The position numbers and the translations under genes were made by a program. A stretch of 63,273 nucleotides of DNA, filler included, from Folioceros fuciformis (taxonomy: Eukaryota), in assembly GCA_049999805.1 (NCBI GenBank). It is 7 parts of 7 records of this genome, joined end to end, with 100 filler letters (N's around TTAATTAATTAA, not from the genome) between each part and the next. Parts side by side here need not be neighbours in the genome. Positions count along the whole stretch, not along the records: positions 39,264 to 53,424 come from JBNGIO010004183.1; positions 53,525 to 58,738 come from JBNGIO010004184.1; positions 58,839 to 63,273 come from JBNGIO010004187.1; 4 more parts are not named here. One strand, 5' to 3'. The notes below the pieces were generated by a model. The model saw only the letters and a program-made list of their open reading frames with translations, was not told the origin of the DNA and made no database searches. Each line of letters opens with the position of its first letter. The first letter of the stretch is position 1. Shown one piece after another: positions 50,290 to 62,700 of this stretch.

Positions 50290-53200
50290 TTAGGGCTACA
50301 CAACTTCCAGGTTCAATATGTCGTCTGCTCGTCTGTATTGACATACACAAGATCAATAGCTCCAGATAAAATCCTTTCACGAAGAAAATGATAATGTATT
50401 TCAATGTGTTTTGTCCTGGCATGAAACACTGGGTTTCGCGCCAACTGTATGCTGCTAAGATTGTCACAGTAGATAACAACCTTGTCGTTGACCTGCAATC
50501 CAAAATCTCCGAGTAACTTACAAATCCAAGTCACTTCACACGCTGCCATTGCTGCGCCTCTGTATTCAGCTTCTGTACTAGACAAAGCCACTGTAGGCTG
50601 CTTCTTGCTACTCCATGTAATTGCTGCACTCCCAAGTGAAAAAATGAATCCACTTGCAGATCTACGATCAGTAACACTGCCTGCCCAATCTGCATGTGTA
50701 TCCACACAGGTTTATTTCTAAATCTGCAACATAAAAGAGAGCATGATCCATAGTTGCCTTCACATAGCGCAACGTTCGCCTTACTGCATCCAAATGTGGC
50801 TTTCTTGGCGCCTGCATAAACTGACTTTGCAATCCCACTGTATAGTTCAAATCTGGTCGGGATAGAGTGAGATATATCAAGCTACCCACTATCTTCCTGT
50901 ACATTGTTGGATCTTCAAGTGCTTTACCATCATGAGCACTGAGCTTTAGATTTTGATCCAAAGGAATCGAGATTGGCTTGCACTCAACCATACCATACTT
51001 AGTTAGTACATCCGACGCATACTTCCGCTGTGACAGCCAAATGCCTGTGTTGGTTCGTATAATTTCAATGCCCAAAAAGAACCTCAGTTCACCTAGGTCC
51101 GCCATCTTGAACTCTTGTTGTAGAAGTTCCTTGATCTGCTCCACTTGATCCAACTGATTACCTCCAATGATTAGATCATCCACATAAATGGTCACAAAGA
51201 CCAGTCGTTTTGTACTTTTGCACACATACAACGAATGATCCGCATCTGCCATGTTGAATCCGATGTGAATCAGATGCTGACCAAGACGCTCATGCCAAGC
51301 CCTCGGGGCTTGCTTCAGTCCGTACAACGTTCTTTTCAGCTTGCACACATGATTTGGATGATCCAAATCCTCATAACCTGGTGGCTGGTCCATGTATACT
51401 TCTTCCAGCAATTCTCCATGTAAAAACGCATTCTTCACATCCATATGATGTAGGACCCAACCTTTCGATGCCGCTAGTGCGATCACGGTTCGAATTGTTG
51501 CCATTTTGGCAACTGGACTGAACGTCTCCTCAAAATCTATTCCATATGTCTGGGCATATCCCTTGGCCACAAGCCTTGCCTTGTACCTGTTGATACTACC
51601 ATCTGCGTTGTGTTTGACCTTGTACACCCATTTGCAACCTATTGGTTTCTTGCCTTCAGGTAGTTGTACTAGGTCCCATGTTGCATTCTGATTTAACGCA
51701 TTCATTTCTTCATCCATAGCATGTTCCCACTTTGTGTCTCCAATAGCTTCTTCAAGGCTTCTTGGTTCCACATCCTGTACAACCTTTGCCATATAGGCAT
51801 GGTGCCTAGCTACATAGCTATCATAGGTCAACCGCTGTATTGGAACCTTCTGCCTTCCAGATCTCCGTGGGATTGAACCACTTCCAGGGGCTGATTGAAC
51901 TTCTTTTGCACCAGGTGTTTCGATTTTCGGTACACCGAATTCCTCATCCAAGCTCTGCTCAGAGTCGCTTGAATCATCCGCACCTGCACTTAGGTCTGGT
52001 ATCTTTGAATCTTGGACTTTTTCCTTCCCTTTGCGAGACACAGCTGTGGAGTTCGTAGGACTCACACGACCTCGCAACCTGGAACTCCATGGATTCTGAA
52101 CATTTGTCGAGTTTGATGACGCTTGCGGTCCACTCAACACTTGTGATTGTTGACCTGCATTGCTTGTTACCTCAGTTTCAAGCACATCAGCTACACTACT
52201 TCCTTGTACTTCAAAGTACCAGCTACCCATTTCATCAAAGACTACGTCTCTGCTTACTCTCATAGTCCGTGTACTGGGATTGTAGCACCTGTATCCTTTC
52301 TGTGTAACAGAATACCCAATGAAGACACACTTTTCTGCTTTTGGATCAAGCTTAGTCCGCAACTCATCCGGAATATGGACATAAGCAATGCAACCAAATA
52401 CCTTTAAGTGTGACAAGTCAGGTTTCTTCCCTGTGAACTTCTCCTCCGGTGTTACACTGTGCACCGCTGCTGTGGGAGTTCTGTTCATGATGTACACTGC
52501 TGTGCTTACAGCTTCAGCCCAATAGTAGTGAGGCATCTTCTTCTCTGTCATCAAGGCTCTCGCCACTTCTGCTATGTGCCTGTTCTTGCGCTCTGCAACT
52601 CCATTTTGTTGTGGCGTATAACGACATGAGTACTGCCGTTGAATGCCTTGTTCTGATAAGAATTTGCTGAACTCTCTGGAGAAGTACTCTCCCCCTCCAT
52701 CAGATCTTAGGCATTTGATGTGCCTACCTGTCTGCTTCTCAACCATCGCCTTGAAAGTATGAAAATGAGTGATCACTTCACTTTTTTCTTTCATGAAATA
52801 GACCCACACCTTCCTTGTGTGGTCGTCAATGAAGGTCATATAGTACTTGCAACCTCCGATTGATGCAGTCTGTGTAGGACCTCATACATCTGAATGCACA
52901 ACATCCAACACATATCTGCTGACATGTTTGTCATGGGGGAACGCATTCCTAGGCTGTTTCCCAAGTTGACATGCTTCACATATACCTTGCAGTCCATTTT
53001 CTGTAAGCTTGGGTATGCCTGTGACAACCTTCTGATGCTGCATGGACTTCAACTTCTGCACATTTACATGTCCAATGCGTTTGTGCCACATCTCTAGGTC
53101 TGTCACTACCCTTGTACCCTTCGCAAACATGGCTGACTTCAGCTTAGGAACCTCCACGTTCAAGGTGAACATCCGTCCAACCTTCTGTCCTTGAGCAATC

Positions 53201-53424
53201 AGGCGACCGCCTTTCTTGCACTCTTCAACAAAGAGTCCTACAGGTGTAAATCTAACCTGCAGTCCTTGCTCAACCATCTGCCCAACTGACACCAAGTTCT
53301 TTGTGATGTTGGGTACGTGAAGAACATCTACCAGGCACTTTACTTTGCCATCCTGCATCTTCAGAGGTACAGTTCCTGTATGCACAATTGCATGTGTTGT
53401 GTCATCTCCAGTTTCTACATATCC
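50290..53424 (-). mobile_element. Ty1/Copia pol (protease end, integrase, RT, RNase H), lightly disrupted; possible 3' LTR sequence at ~49860-50240
   Basis: VLHVPNITKNLVSV, WHKRIGH, RSDGGGEY, PQQNGVAER, CKWVYK, YKARLVAKG, YGLKQAPRAW, YVDD, SSTEAEY and RTKHIEIHYHF. Integrase precedes RT. Confidence 0.95.
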
Positions 53425-54122
53425 NNNNNNNNNNNNNNNNNNNNNNNNNNNNNNNNNNNNNNNNNNNNTTAATTAATTAANNNNNNNNNNNNNNNNNNNN
53501 NNNNNNNNNNNNNNNNNNNNNNNNTGGCCAATGGAGGTTTGGAGGTAGTGATGGGAGAGACTAAGGAAAAAAATATATAAAAATTGTAGTTATGCTTTAA
53601 GTCTGGAACAGAGGAAGAAACCATGATTGGTATGAAATGCTTGATTGTTAAATCTGGAAATTTTGATGTCATTTTGGGGACAGAGGCTTTGTTCATGCAT
53701 GGAGGAGGAGTGGATTTATGGACAGACGAGTTTTACTATGGTCTAGGGTAGCGACAAGGTGAAGAAATAAGAGTAGCAACAATTCCACTTAAGTTGCAGT
53801 TGCCGGAGGATATGCAAGATGCGTGTGTAGTGAATATGATGACTTCGTGGAATGAACAGGATGAAGAAGATGAAGATGATAGAATGTGGGTTGTGTGTCA
53901 TATGAATAAGTTATGTTTAAAAGAATATACTCATACCAGAGTGGAAGAGGATGCAATGAGAGAAAGTGTTGGTAGAGCATTAGCTAAAATTTTTAGACAG
54001 CTTGAGAAATGACAGATTGAGTTTCAGCTATATGATAAAATTCGACCTTGTACAAAGGAAGTAGTTTGTAAACTTGAATCTATGTGTAATAAACTTATAA
54101 TGTTGAGTCGTCTGAGTATGAG

Positions 54123-55080
54123 TTGGTTGTGGTTGAGCTGTTTGCTGGAATTGCATCTGGTTTGGAGGTTGTGTTGGCTGCTGGGTATGTGGTCAGGCGT
54201 TACATTTACTGTGATCCAGATGAAGTTTGTCAGGCAATTGCAAAGGCAAGAGTGTTCAAATTATGTAAGAAGTATCCTGAACAATTAAAGGTTGAAGTTG
54301 TGAAGCAAGTGTTTTCTGCTTGGCCGCAGGATGTTAGGCTTATTGGATTGATACAATTTCGATTGGAAGAAGAAATTGATCTAATCATAGCCGGTTGGGA
54401 ATGTCAAGGGCATTCAATGGCAGGCAAAGGAAAGGGCCTGTTAGATTATAGGTTAGTGTTATTTTATGAGCTAATTAGGATTTTGGATTTGGTGCAAAAG
54501 CATCAAAAGAAAGAATGTGGGTTTTTGATTGAAAATGTAACCCTAAACCCTAGATTCACAAATGGACAGAAGAATGGAATTGAAACGAGATTTTGAGGAG
54601 ATCAAGTATTATTTAGGTGAGACTATAAAGTTGGATGCAGTGCAGTTTGGATCCAGTGCTCATAGGCATCGTTGTTTTTGGAATAACATGATGCTTAAGC
54701 ATTTGTGGCAAATGCATGCGAGTCAGTGGTGTAGAGATGATGATTTGATAGTTGATCAGATATCAAATGAGGGGCGAGTGAGTAAGCAGGTGACTCCAGA
54801 TGACAGACAACCCTTTTATTGTGTAAGTAAAAAGGGTGAGCTTAGGAGGGCATTGCCGACATTTGTTAGTTTTGAAGGCACCAATGCATTTAAGGGGAAT
54901 GGACCTGAGATAATATTTGATACAAAGAGGAATGTGTGGGATGTACCATCTCCCATAGAGAGAGAGAGAGAGTGATGGGTTTTGATACAAATACTACTAA
55001 GGTGGAGGGCATAACATTTGAGTAGAGGAATAAAAAACTCGAACAAGCTATGGATTTAAATACAATTAGGTGGCTTATGA
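54123..55080 (+). pseudogene. C5 cytosine DNA methyltransferase domain embedded in the Gypsy pol (2 frameshifts, 1 stop)
   Basis: Motifs in canonical order: I ELFAGIAS, II YCDPD, III QDV, IV IIAGWECQGHSMAG, V LFYELIRIL, VI FLIENV, VIII DAVQFGSSAHRHRCFW, IX IERERVMGF, X R..LEQAMD. Confidence 0.88.
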
Positions 55081-58000
55081 TGTCTATAAAAGTTTATTAA
55101 GAGTGGAAGAAAATGTGGAAAGCTATTTTGAGCTCAAGGTTGGAAGAACGTAATTTGGGTAAAGTAAAAAGGGGCGAAGGTCTAGATGTTGGGGGGAGAT
55201 TATAAGGATGAGAGAGCATGATGATGTTTTAGGTGATGAGGGTAAACAAAACAAGTAGATGAGATATGGGACACAAATGGCAGAGGTGGAGAGGGGAGTT
55301 GGAAGTGTTGTTAGCTCAGGTTGGGAGGTCAAGGTTTGTGAGAAACAAGAACATATGGATTTTCAATGGGACATTTCTGATGAGATGACTTTGGAAGATA
55401 GGGAGGATTTTGTAAAGATTTTGGGAAGTAGCAGGCAGGTATTTGCTTTTTCCAATAAAACAATTGGGCAGGAACAAGACGTTTAAGTTTAAGATTCGGC
55501 TTAAAACTTCTGAACCGGTTTTTAGAAGGCCATATCGTTTGAGTAAACTAGAGAATGAGATTGTGGATAAGAAGTGTCAAGAGTTGCTAGAAGCTAGATT
55601 GATAAGGTCTTCGGAGTCAGAGTATGTAGCAGCTACAGTACTTCCGCCAAAGAAAGACATGCATGACAATTGGATAGAAAAGAGAATGTGTGGTGATTAT
55701 ATGCCGCTTAATGAAGTGACGCTTATGGACAAATACCCAATATTGACTGCAAAGGAAATTTTTGATGCAATTGGTGAGTGTAAGATATTTTCAACATCGG
55801 ATTTGACGGGTGGTTTTAATTAAATTGAAATTGAAGAGGAAAATAAGAAGAAGACAGCTTTTTTGGGTAATAGATGTTTGTGGGAATAGGTGGTTATTAC
55901 GTTTGGATTGAAGAATGCTCCTAGTGCTTTTTAGAGGGCGATGGACCAAGCATTGAGAGGTTTGTTGTTTACTAGGTGTTATTAAATAAATGGTGTGATA
56001 ATTTTCAATAGCAATGTGGAAGAACATAAGGAGCATGTTAGGCAAGTGTTGGATNNNNNNNNNNNNNNNNNNNNNNNNNNNNNNNNNNNNNNNNNNNNNN
56101 NNNNNNNNNNNNNNNNNNNNNNNNNNNNNNNNNNNNNNNNNNNNNNNNNNNNNNGTACCTAGTGGGACGGCACTATCTGATGTCAAGGTTGAGGCGATAG
56201 CAAAAATGATGCCACCTTAAGATGTGGGAACTTTGCGCTCCTTTTTAGAGTTGGTAAATTATTATCGCAATTTTGTGGCAAACCACAGTATGGTGGTGAA
56301 ACCTATGACAATGTTGTTAAAGAAAGATGCAGTGTGGGTTTGGGGAGAAGATCATCAGAGAGCATTTAAGGAGATAAAAGACATTTTGATGAGCAAGCCT
56401 TTATTGACAAGACCCAATTTTGACAGAAAGTTTAAGTTATATACAGGTTGGAGCAAACTTGGTTTGCGAGCAGTGCCAGCGCAGGATGATGAGAGTGGAG
56501 TGGAGCATGTGGTAGCGTATGCAAGCAGGAGTAACAATTCTGCAAAGAGTAATTATTCCTCATATCATGGAGAATGTTTGGCAACGGTATGGGCAGTATC
56601 GCATTTTAGGCCTTATCTGTATGGTACTGAATTTGAGCTGGTGATGGATCATCAACCTTTGAAGTGGTTGATGAAGATTGAAAAGTTGACAAGAAAGTTA
56701 GCAAGGTGGGCACTTATCTTGTAGGAGTATAATTTTTCTATTGAGCATAGGGCGGGAGTGAAACACGCAAATGCAGATGTGTTGTCAAGGAATCCATTAG
56801 GAAGTTTAGAAGATTCAACAGTTTCCAGGCAGGATTTTGATAAGAATGTCAGAGTTGACTGTAATTTGGTGGTGTCCAGATGGGCACCGAGTGCATACCT
56901 GGTGAATTTGGTGGAGTTGGGAGTTCCTTCGGTGTCAGTAGATGTGTGGGAAGACAGGAATACATTGGAGAGGGTGATGACCGGTGGGATTTAGGAGACG
57001 TTGTGAGGGAGAATGATAGAGTGACAAAACGAAGTAGGAGATATGTATGGGTTGACAATAAGTTATTGTTTAAGGATAACATGAAGGTGGTACCAAGACC
57101 GGAAGAAAGAATGAATTTGGGAAAAAAGATTTATGTAGAGTTAGGACATTTTGGTACAAAAAGAACAATGAGTTTACTCATGAACAGTTATTATTGGAAA
57201 GGAATGATGGAGGTAGTTGAGAAAGGTGGTGTCTACTTGTGAGGTTTGTGATAGGGTGAAAGCAAGTTTTTCAAGCAAAACTTCTCAGCTTCATCTGTTC
57301 CCTATTAGGGGGATGTTTTATAGGTGGAGTTTGGATTTGGCTGGAGAGTTACCAGTTACGCGTAGAGGTTTTAAGTATGTGTTGGTGATGATAGAACATT
57401 ACTTTAAGTGGATAGTTTTGGTGCCTTTGAGAGAGAAGAAGTCACATAACATTAAGGAAGCATTTCTTAATCATGTGTTGAGTGTTTTTGGGGCTTGTGC
57501 AGAAGTTTTGACAGATTAGGGTATTGAGTTTATGGGAGATTTTGATGAATTTTTAAATGAGTATCTTATTGATCATAGGGTAACTTCAAGGAATCACGCG
57601 AAGGCTGATGGTTCGGCAGAAAGAATGGTACAGACTTGTAAGAGTGCTTTGAGGAAGTATTGTTTGGTAATGGACAAGAGTGAGTGGGATAGGATGTTGC
57701 CATTTCTTGCAATGAGTTATAGGATGAGTAGGCAAGCATCGTTGGGAAAGTTTTCGCTATACATGTTGTTGTTTGGGTGTAGACCACAGTTGTCTGGGAT
57801 GTTAGAAGACAAGGTGAATAATATAGTGGATCTGGATGACCCTAATAAATGGTTGAAGATAGTTACACATAGAGCGGAATTGTTTAGGAGAATTATGCCT
57901 ATGGCAATGGATAACTTGTTGATAGCTCAACAGAGAGATGAGTTGAGGCACAGAAAAACAAGGAGTGGGCATTTCAGGCCTAAGGTGAAGAAGTTTGAAG

Positions 58001-58221
58001 TTGGAGAATATGTATATTTGGAGAGGAAGACAATGACAACAATTGATACGAGTGCGGGTAGGATAATATTAAGGGTGAGAAGTGTGAAGTTGAATGGAAT
58101 TTTGGAGTTGTAAAGGAAGGATGGTACAACTTGTTTGGAACACATGAAAAATTGTGCGCCATGTCATTTACCTCATTTGAATCCAATAATTGATGTGCAA
58201 GCTTTTGTGCCGAGGAAGGGA

Positions 58222-58383
58222 TTTGCTTGTACAGGTTGTGGAGATTCTGGAAGTGATCATTGCATGTTGTTGTGCGATAGGTGTAATGATGGGTGGCACA
58301 CCTTTTGTTTAGAGCCTCCACTAGAAGCAGTGGCTGATGGGCAACGGTTTTGTCCAATGTGTGTAGCAGTTGATACATTGTGA
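58222..58383 (+). pseudogene. PHD finger (Cys4-His-Cys3) at the integrase C-terminus
   Basis: CTGC...MLLCDRCNDGWHTFCLEPPLEAVADGQRFCPMC, in the same frame as the integrase ORF across one TAA (58111-58113). Confidence 0.9.
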
Positions 58384-58493
58384 GGAGCAGTGTAGTCAGC
58401 ATGTATGAATTTTGATGTTAAAGTTTGTTAATCTATCTTACCAATAAAAGATGATCAGCAGATTAAGGGGGGGAAGTGATGGTGCCACATCGA

Positions 58494-58738
58494 GGGAGGA
58501 GGAGTAGAGGAAAGCTACTCCTTTTGTCAATCTCGTGTGTAGTAAACCACCAAAGAGTGGTAGGATGACTAGTAGCCTTGGTGTGCACGATGGGGAGGAA
58601 GCCATCAAGGGGAGGCATCCATGAATTATAAGTGTGATCACTATACTCACATTAAGGGAGGAGGAGTAGAGGAAAGCTATTCCTTTCGTCGATCTCGTGT
58701 GTAGTAAACCACCAAAGAGTGGTAGGATGACTAGTAGC
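58494..58738. repeat. Direct repeat (~160-bp period) inside the Gypsy 3' LTR
   Basis: GGGAGGAGGAGTAGAGGAAAGCTA...GGTAGGATGACTAGTAGC occurs at ~58494 and ~58656. Confidence 0.8.
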
Positions 58739-59019
58739 NNNNNNNNNNNNNNNNNNNNNNNNNNNNNNNNNNNNNNNNNNNNTTAATTAATTAANNNNNN
58801 NNNNNNNNNNNNNNNNNNNNNNNNNNNNNNNNNNNNNNAAGAACCTCATGCACATCTTCGATGCATCAAGAAGGTTAGGTCCATTCATTTTAAAAAGACA
58901 ATATGGAAAATCCATCCATCCGTAATGAGGGAGATAAATCTTGATTAGACGCTAGGGCTACCCCTGACCCTAATGGCTACCAATAGTAGCTAAAATATCT
59001 GTGTCCAAGCTAGCTTGGA

Positions 59020-59292
59020 GAAAGAGTCTTCACTACCACTAGAGTCCTAGGTCCTCCAAGCTAGTAAGGAGAAAGAGTCTTCACTACCACTAGAGTCCTA
59101 GGTCCTAGCATCGAGCAAGGGTCTAACTACCACTAGAGTCCTAGGAAGCTTCCAATCTTAGGACCTAGGAAGCTTCACAAGAAGCGCATCGGAAGCTGCG
59201 CAAGAAGCTTCCAACTGATTAGCTTAAGCTAATCTAAACTAATGGTACTTAACTAGACACTAATCTTAAACTAAACACATTAGTCTAAGCTC
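59020..59292 (-). mobile_element. Inverted LTR fragment related to the Copia 3' LTR at ~34126-34330, with short internal repeats
   Basis: 59170-59290 is the near reverse complement of 34150-34275. CACTACCACTAGAGTCCTAGG is repeated. Confidence 0.75.
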
Positions 59293-59544
59293 ACTTCTTG
59301 TCTGTACACAGGTTGGCTGGTTCTTCATAGAAGAAATCACTCTAGCCTAACATTTTAGACTTTTCTCCATGCTCAAGCATTGTAACTCATGCACCCATCC
59401 ATCCACCTGCCCGGTTGGCTGGTTCTACATAAACGAAGTCACTCCAACATGACGTTTTAGATTTTTCTCCATGGTCAAGCATGGTGTCCCATGTTTTGGA
59501 CTTTTTATAGGGTTAATAAAGTCCAATTGGAATGTAATCAATCT

Positions 59545-62500
59545 GAATCACCTTGCGCTCCACAGATTAGCAAACAAAATGATGTTGGATCTCGATATGT
59601 TTGGTGCGGGCATGGAAACGGGGATTCCCAACAAGCATAATTGTTGATCTGTTGTCGCAGTAGATGATAGTTGGAGCTGGTTGAGGACAATTCAGGCTGG
59701 AGAGAAAAGTACACTCCCACTCAGCTTCCTTAGCTGAATCCGTGAGTGCCTTATACTCCGCTTCCGTGGAGGAAATAGCAATGGAGGCTTGCTTCTTCAA
59801 GCTCCAATTGACAGCAGCATTCGAAAGCAAAAAACAATAAGCTGAGATGCTTCTGCGCTGGTCAGGATCTGTTGCCCAGTCAGTATCAGCATACGCTTGA
59901 ATGGTATTGGAGTTCTCAGCTTCGTTGAATCATAACCCATAGGTGGATGTTCCCTTTAAACAGCGAAGGATACACTTCACAGCCATCCAATGGTCCTGGC
60001 CTGGGTTCTCAAGATATTGTGATACAAAGCTCACAGAATGCTGAATATCAGGCCTTGTCCAACATGCTATGTAATTCAGGCAGCCTACTGCATGACAATA
60101 AGGGATCTAACTCATGGCTGCCTTTTCTTCTTCATCTTGTGGGGATTTCCCAGCAGACAACTTCCGACCCACTATGCTTGGTGTTCTAACAGGCTTGGCA
60201 TCTACTAGGTTGAAGCGGCGAAGTGTCTCATGAACATACTTGGTCTTATGAAGAATCAAGGTATGATTTTGCCTATCGCACAGAAGCCGAACACCAAGGA
60301 CAAATGCAAGCTAACCTATGTCTTTCATGTCGTAGCGCTTGTGCAGCATGCCCTTGACCCAGTCTAAAAGATCTCTCTCGATTGTTGGAGGCTAAAATGA
60401 CGTCGTCAACATAAAGGGCTAGGATCACAATGTGTTCTCCTTTGGTATACATATATATGTTGGCGTCTGCTAGATTCTAAACGAAGCCAATAGATTTGAG
60501 GTATTTATCAATGCATTTGTACCATTCCCTTGTGCTCTGCTTAAGCCTGTAGAGAGTCTTATGGAGCTTGCAAACCCAATCTGGGTGTTCAAGATCCAGA
60601 AAACCCTTTGTCTGATGCATATAAATGTCCTCTTCTAACTCTCCGTATAGAAATGCAGTCGAGGCATCCATTTGTTTGAGATCCCAGTCACGAGCAGCAG
60701 CAAGTGCCAGCATGATTCTTATGGATTGTGTCTTCACAATAGGGCTGAATGTTTCGTTGAAGTCGACACCTACAACGTGGGAGAAACCTCGTGCAACAAG
60801 ACGTGACTTGTGACGTGCTATCTCTCCTTGTGCATTTAACTTGTGCTTGAACACCCACTTGCAGCTCACAGTTTTCCTTCCTGCAGGCAAGGGGCAGAGT
60901 TCCAGGTTTCATTTTTCATCAAAGAGTCATATTCGTCCTGGATTGATGGAATCCAGTGTTTCTTATTCTTCCCTGTGATGGCCTCTCTGTATGTGCAAGG
61001 TTCTACCGGAAAAGAAGTGTTGGATGAGAAGACCTCGCAGAGACGTGCAGACCGTGGTCGCCTAAAGTCTTCTGGCTCATAGGGTTTAGTCTACCAGTTT
61101 TCTCGAGAAGGACGAGAACAAGTAGGGTATCTTCTTTCTTCCTCTGCAGCTGGTTGTGAGAGTAATGGGACAGGTACTACAACAGCAGGTTTTGCAATAG
61201 GCATGTCTCCATCATCAGCAGGCTATGAATCAGGAGTGTCTGAATCAGATGCTACAGCTAAATCGGCTGGCTCTAAAANNNNNNNNNNNNNNNNNNNNNN
61301 NNNNNNNNNNNNNNNNNNNNNNNNNNNNNNNNNNNNNNNNNNNNNNNNNNNNNNNNNNNNNNNNNNNNNNNNNNNNNNTGACTGCTATGGGCTATGTAGT
61401 GGATGGAAAACGGACTGCTGTGATGAAGGTGGCAATTGTTCAGGGCTCTGTAAAGTCTGGTGTGGCTGCGGCTGCTGTGATATCTGTGATCCACCTCCTG
61501 AAGGGCTAGCAACTGAAACAAGTATATAAACGACAGCTGCTGGCAATTCAAACACGGCATCTTGTGGAAAAACCGAAGGGGAATCATCGAAAACAGAGGC
61601 GTTGAGAACAAAACCAGGAATTGTAGGTGAATCAGGAGTTCCAGAATTTTGATCAGCTGTAGAGTGAGAGTTGGTGATCTCCTTGAAGGTAACACTCCTG
61701 GCAAATAGAGAGGTGTGTGAAACCGGGTCATAAAGGTTGAATGCTTTGGTTTCTTCACCATAGCAGACAAAAATAAGGGGTCGTGCCCGAGCTTCAAGCT
61801 TTTTACGTTGTTCCTCATGGATGTAAGCATATGCAGGAGAGCCGAAGACACGTAAATGAAGCAAGCTAGGTTTCCTTTGCTAGAGAGCTTCGAAAGGGGT
61901 TCGATCCGGTACAGTAGAAGTAAGGAGGCAATTCAAGATGTAAGTAGCCATAACTACAGCCTTAGCCCAATATGATTTGTGAAGTCCAGACCAGGCTACC
62001 ATACTCCGAGTCATATTTAATAAGGTCTGATTACGGTGCTCTACAACGCCATTCTGATGTTGAATGTAGGGTATGCTTAGTTGCCTTCTGATGCCTTGTG
62101 AGGAAAGGTACTCGCCACGAGCTAACACAAGAGAAAATTGTGGAGATCTTCCAAGGATGATCCCCAAACCAACAGTGGTAGCCAACGGTATCCAACTGCC
62201 CTGCGCTAATCATGCTTTTTGTCAACTTTGGAACATGCCTAACATCCTTCATTATAAATGAAGATCCGTTGTCAAACCTTAGCTGCACATCACCAATGCC
62301 TGCAATCTTGCATGCGTAGTTATTTCCAAGCCGAACACATCCTTTCCTAGTAGCATCATAGGTGCTAAACCACTCCCTATGCGGAGTAACAAGGAAAGAT
62401 GCTCTCGAGTCAATTATCCAATTAGAGAGTAAGTGACTATCCACGGCTGTCAATTGTGCAGAATCTAAGGAAGAAGAGATAAGAACATCTCCATCATCAA

Positions 62501-62700
62501 CAGAATTCACCTCGTCAGACTTGATACTCAGACTTGCCTTGTTGTCGTTCTACTTCTTCTCCTTTCCTTTGTCCTTCTTGAAGTTCTCACAGTCCCTTCT
62601 GATGTGACTCTTTTTGTGACAATGATAACACTCAACATTGTTACAACTACGAGATTTGCTATAGGAAAGGCTTTGCTCCTTTTGCTTCCCATCTCAAACG
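59545..62700 (-). mobile_element. Decayed Ty1/Copia: gag zinc knuckle and protease (62130-62700) joined by a deletion to integrase-RT-RNase H (59545-62125)
   Basis: CYHCHKKSHIRRDC, WIIDS, QNGVVE, HLRVFG, CKWVFK, YVDD, SSTEAEY and RTKHIEIQHHFV. Confidence 0.88.

Larger units (their letters stand above)
53525..58738 (+). mobile_element. Decayed Ty3/Gypsy LTR retrotransposon with domain order protease - C5 DNA methyltransferase - RT - RNase H - integrase - PHD, then PPT (58465-58476) and 3' LTR (from 58477)
   Basis: Protease end FDVILG. RT motifs RPYRLS, RMCGDY, DL..GFN*I and FGLKNAP. RNase H motifs VAYASR and DHQPLKWL. Integrase GHFG...CEVC, WSLD, LTD*G and AERMV. RT precedes integrase. Confidence 0.92.

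Noticed and set aside
54123-55080. Bacterial restriction-modification methylase or host DRM/CMT/MET1 gene as the source of the DNMT
   Set aside because: It is colinear within Gypsy pol and decayed like its flanks. There is no cognate nuclease, no introns, no BAH/chromo/UBA domain, and no DRM-type motif permutation.
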